In this document: in pieces, positions 22,651-25,363 of the stretch | Position numbering within the stretch: the first letter of the stretch is position 1 | Layout: each line of letters begins with the position of its first letter | DNA from: a virus | Taxonomy: Duplodnaviria; Caudoviricetes | Length of the DNA stretch: 25,363 nt | Direction: 5' to 3' (one strand) | IMG/VR virus record: IMGVR_UViG_3300049828_000089 | Coordinates: 1-25,363 of that record | Notes under the pieces: generated by a model | Database searches by the model: none | Told to the model about the DNA's origin: nothing | The model's input: the letters and a program-made list of their open reading frames with translations, nothing else | Program-made: the position numbers and the translations under genes

Positions 22651-24535
22651 CTATGCACAAGACGGAACCACCGATGTACTTTGCATGTCCTACGCGTTTG
22701 ACGATGACGAGGTTGTCACCTGGACTCCCGACATGCCATTTCCCGATGCTGTACGCCAGCACACGGGGCAGATACGCGCTCACAATGCGGCGTTCGAGCG
22801 ACTCATATTCTGGTACGTTTTACACTGTGACTTTCAACTCGAGCAGTTCTACTGCACCGCTACTCAAGCGCGTGCTAACTGCCTACCGGGCAGCCTTGAA
22901 GACGTCGGACGCGCCATCAGCAGCAACATGCGTAAGGATCATCGAGGTAGCCAGCTTATCCGAGCTTTATCAATTGCACGAGCAGATGGCACTTTCAACA
23001 ATGACCCGAAGTTAATGCAGGAGATGGTCGAGTACTGCGAGTCCGACGTCCGCGCCATGCGCGCCATCAGTAAGGCCATGCGCGACCTGTCCGACGACGA
23101 GCTGCTCGATTACCACGTTAACGAGCGCATCAACGATAAAGGCGTGTTGCTCGACCTGCCGCTCTCGCAAGCCGCGATCAGCTACGCGTCGCAGGAGACG
23201 GACGACATCGAGCGGATCGTGGCCGAAGTGACTGAGGGCGCAATCGCCTCCGTGCGCAGCCCGCGCATGCGTGAGTGGGTGTTGGAGCGCGTCGGGCCGC
23301 AGGCGAAAGAAATGATGGTGGTCTACAAAGACGGCGAAAAGAAGTACAGTATCGATAAGGCTGTTCGCGCTAACTTGCTTAACTTTGCAGAGGAAAACCC
23401 CGATGAGATTCCGGCCAATGTTGCGGACGTCATTCAATGTGCGGACGACCTCTGGGCGTCTTCGGTCGCAAAGTTCAGCCGCCTTGCAGCTCTCGCGGAT
23501 GTTGAAGACCATCGCGTGCGGGGCGCATTCGTTTTCGCTGGTGGATCAGCCACTGGCCGCGCCAGCTCCTATGGCGCCCAAGTTCACAACTTTACTCGTA
23601 AGTGCGCCAAGGAACCCGACGCAGTACGCCACGCTATGGTGCGAGGCCACAGCGTCACCCCAAGATTTGGAAAACGCATTACAGATGTTCTCCGAGGAAT
23701 GCTCCGGCCCGCACTGATTCCTGCGCCTGGTCATTCCTTCGTCGTTGCCGACTGGTCAGCCATCGAGGCACGCGTCACACCGTGGGCGTCCGCTGACCCG
23801 CAGGCCGAGTCGGTGCTGGACGTGTTCCGCCAAGGTCGCGACATCTACAAGCGTGAAGCCGCAGGCATTTACCGTATGCCCGAGGAAGACATCGGCGATG
23901 AGTCCGAGGAGCGCCAGATCGGCAAGGTCGCGATCCTCTCGCTTGGCTTTGGTGGCTCGGTCGGTGCGTTTTCGGCGATGGGCCGCAACTACGGCATCGT
24001 GCTGCCCGAGTCCGACTCCCGCCGGATCGTTGACGCATGGCGTCGCGCTAACCCGTGGGCGGTGCGCTACTGGGGCAAGCTCGAGGAGGCGTACACGCGT
24101 GCGCTACGCAACCCAGGGCGTGAGTTCCCGGTCGGTCGCATCACCTACATGTACGACGGTCAGCACCTGTGGTACGCCCTGCCAAGCGGGCGCATCCTAT
24201 GCTATCCATTTGCTAAGTTCGAGGGTGACGAGATCACGTACGTCAAGGCGGCATGGAAGCCTGCCGCGGATGCGAAGGAATGGCCGCGCGCGCGCTTGTG
24301 GCGGGGACTCGCCTGTGAGAATATAACGCAGGCAATCGCGCACGACTTGCTGCGGCATTCTTTACGCCAACTTCCCGAAACAGTCCTACATGTTCACGAT
24401 GAGATCGTCCTCGAGGCCGCTGACCCTGAAGCATCCAAGCAGCGGCTAGTCGAGGTCATGTGTACGGCGCCCGCATGGGCGCAAGGGTTGCCCCTGAAGG
24501 CAGGCGTTAAAGTAATGGAAAGGTATGGAAAATGA
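22583..24535 (+). CDS. polA: Phage DNA polymerase, family A, with 3'-5' exonuclease domain
   Basis: Likely start MSILWLDFETRS at 22583. Exonuclease motifs DFE, HNAAFE and YCESD; TGRASS; motif A DWSAIEAR; motif B RQIGKVAILSLGFG; motif C HVHDEIV. Confidence 0.95.
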   Translation: MSILWLDFETRSRCDLSSRGVYNYAQDGTTDVLCMSYAFDDDEVVTWTPDMPFPDAVRQHTGQIRAHNAAFERLIFWYVLHCDFQLEQFYCTATQARANCLPGSLEDVGRAISSNMRKDHRGSQLIRALSIARADGTFNNDPKLMQEMVEYCESDVRAMRAISKAMRDLSDDELLDYHVNERINDKGVLLDLPLSQAAISYASQETDDIERIVAEVTEGAIASVRSPRMREWVLERVGPQAKEMMVVYKDGEKKYSIDKAVRANLLNFAEENPDEIPANVADVIQCADDLWASSVAKFSRLAALADVEDHRVRGAFVFAGGSATGRASSYGAQVHNFTRKCAKEPDAVRHAMVRGHSVTPRFGKRITDVLRGMLRPALIPAPGHSFVVADWSAIEARVTPWASADPQAESVLDVFRQGRDIYKREAAGIYRMPEEDIGDESEERQIGKVAILSLGFGGSVGAFSAMGRNYGIVLPESDSRRIVDAWRRANPWAVRYWGKLEEAYTRALRNPGREFPVGRITYMYDGQHLWYALPSGRILCYPFAKFEGDEITYVKAAWKPAADAKEWPRARLWRGLACENITQAIAHDLLRHSLRQLPETVLHVHDEIVLEAADPEASKQRLVEVMCTAPAWAQGLPLKAGVKVMERYGK

Positions 24536-25233
24536 AGCATATCGTGGGATTGTCTGGCGGCAAGGATAGTACGGCGTTGGCGTTGCGTTTGGCCGAGCTG
24601 GAGCCGCGCGATTACGAATACATTTGCAATGAAACGGGCAACGAGTTGCCTGAAATGCACGCGCACTGGGCAAAGCTCGAAGAGCTGCTCGGCAAGCCGA
24701 TCAAGCGTGTGCGGTACAAGTATGACCTTGAGCGGTCTATTGAACAGATGAACATGCTGCCGTCCGTGTTCGGGCGGTGGTGTACGCGAGTCCTAAAGAT
24801 CGAGCCGACCATCGAATACATGGAGTCGCTGCCGAAAGACTCGGTGCTGTATGTTGGGCTGCGCGCGGATGAGGAAGAGCGCAAGGGGCTGTTCGGTGAA
24901 GACATCACCGTGCGGTTTCCGATGCGTGAGTGGGGCTGGCGTGAAGCGGATGTTTGGGATTACCTAGCCAAGCGTGGCGTGGCAATTCCAAAGCGTACCG
25001 ATTGTGCGTGGTGCCCGTATCAGCGGCTCGGCGAGTGGCGCGACCTTTACAATGAACATCCGGTGCTGTGGGCGAAGGGTGTTGAGCTGGAGAAGAAGAT
25101 CGGCGCCACCTTCCGCAGTCCGGGGCGCGACACTTGGCCTGCTGACATGGAGTCGCTTGGTAAAGAATTTGCCGCAGGACGTAAGCTGAGACAGTACAAG
25201 CGCAAAGAGACGTGCCGCGTCTGTTCGCTATAA
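24532..25233 (+). CDS. PAPS-reductase-family (PP-loop adenine nucleotide alpha hydrolase) protein
   Basis: SGGKDS PP-loop, ETGNELP, RWCTRVLKIEP, VGLRADE, RFPM, CAWCPY and terminal CRVC. ATGA-coupled to polA. Confidence 0.85.
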   Translation: MKHIVGLSGGKDSTALALRLAELEPRDYEYICNETGNELPEMHAHWAKLEELLGKPIKRVRYKYDLERSIEQMNMLPSVFGRWCTRVLKIEPTIEYMESLPKDSVLYVGLRADEEERKGLFGEDITVRFPMREWGWREADVWDYLAKRGVAIPKRTDCAWCPYQRLGEWRDLYNEHPVLWAKGVELEKKIGATFRSPGRDTWPADMESLGKEFAAGRKLRQYKRKETCRVCSL

Positions 25234-25260
25234 ATAAAAAAGCCGCCTGGCGGGGCGGCT
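25234..25260 (-). terminator. Hairpin with T-tract on the - strand
   Basis: The + strand reads AAAAA-AGCCGCCT-GGCG-GGGCGGCT, so the U-tract follows the stem only on the - strand. Confidence 0.55.
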
Positions 25261-25280
25261 CAACCAAATGGAGGGGTCAC

Positions 25281-25363
25281 TTGGAATTTCTTGATTATTA
25301 CACAAAACTTGCGCCTGAAGGCGAGACGGCGCTGATTGTGCGCCAAAAGCCACAACTAAAAGA
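25281..25363 (+). CDS. Start of probable primase/primase-helicase (3'-truncated)
   Basis: GGAGG RBS, then TTG at 25281: MEFLDYYTKLAPEGETALIVRQKPQLK..., open to the window end. Function is inferred from position and recalled N-terminal similarity. Confidence 0.45.
   Translation, partial: MEFLDYYTKLAPEGETALIVRQKPQLK

Overview
The window is about 25 kb of a tailed dsDNA phage genome with a P22-like podovirus virion module and a family A DNA polymerase replication module. No host genes, integrase, tRNA or CRISPR array are visible. The + strand from 1 to 16037 is the late region. It encodes, in order: a 5'-truncated scaffold, a P22 gp5-type coat protein, small decoration-like proteins separated by three cUUCGg hairpins, gp4- and gp10-like tail proteins, a repeat-rich needle/fibre protein, a cupin-like protein, three putative ejection proteins, a short fibre, a cassette of small fibre-tip-like genes, and a lysis module (two membrane proteins, 3TM-type holin, GH108 endolysin). 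The - strand from 19997 to 16011 is an early operon: VRR-NUC nuclease, SNF2-type helicase, HTH, Zn-ribbon and many small ORFs. Back-to-back sigma70 promoters at about 20004-20054 share one -35 palindrome. The + strand from 20088 carries a Cas4-like/DUF2800 nuclease, a putative SSB, a structured intergenic RNA region, a PD-(D/E)XK-like ORF, a Leu762-type PolA, a PAPS-reductase-family protein and the start of a probable primase. The most notable items are a candidate modular fibre anchor/tip system, the tandem RNA structures in front of polA, the PAPS-reductase-family gene coupled to polA, and the shared -35 promoter pair with a predicted leaderless transcript. All family calls come from motif recognition and gene order; no database search was run.
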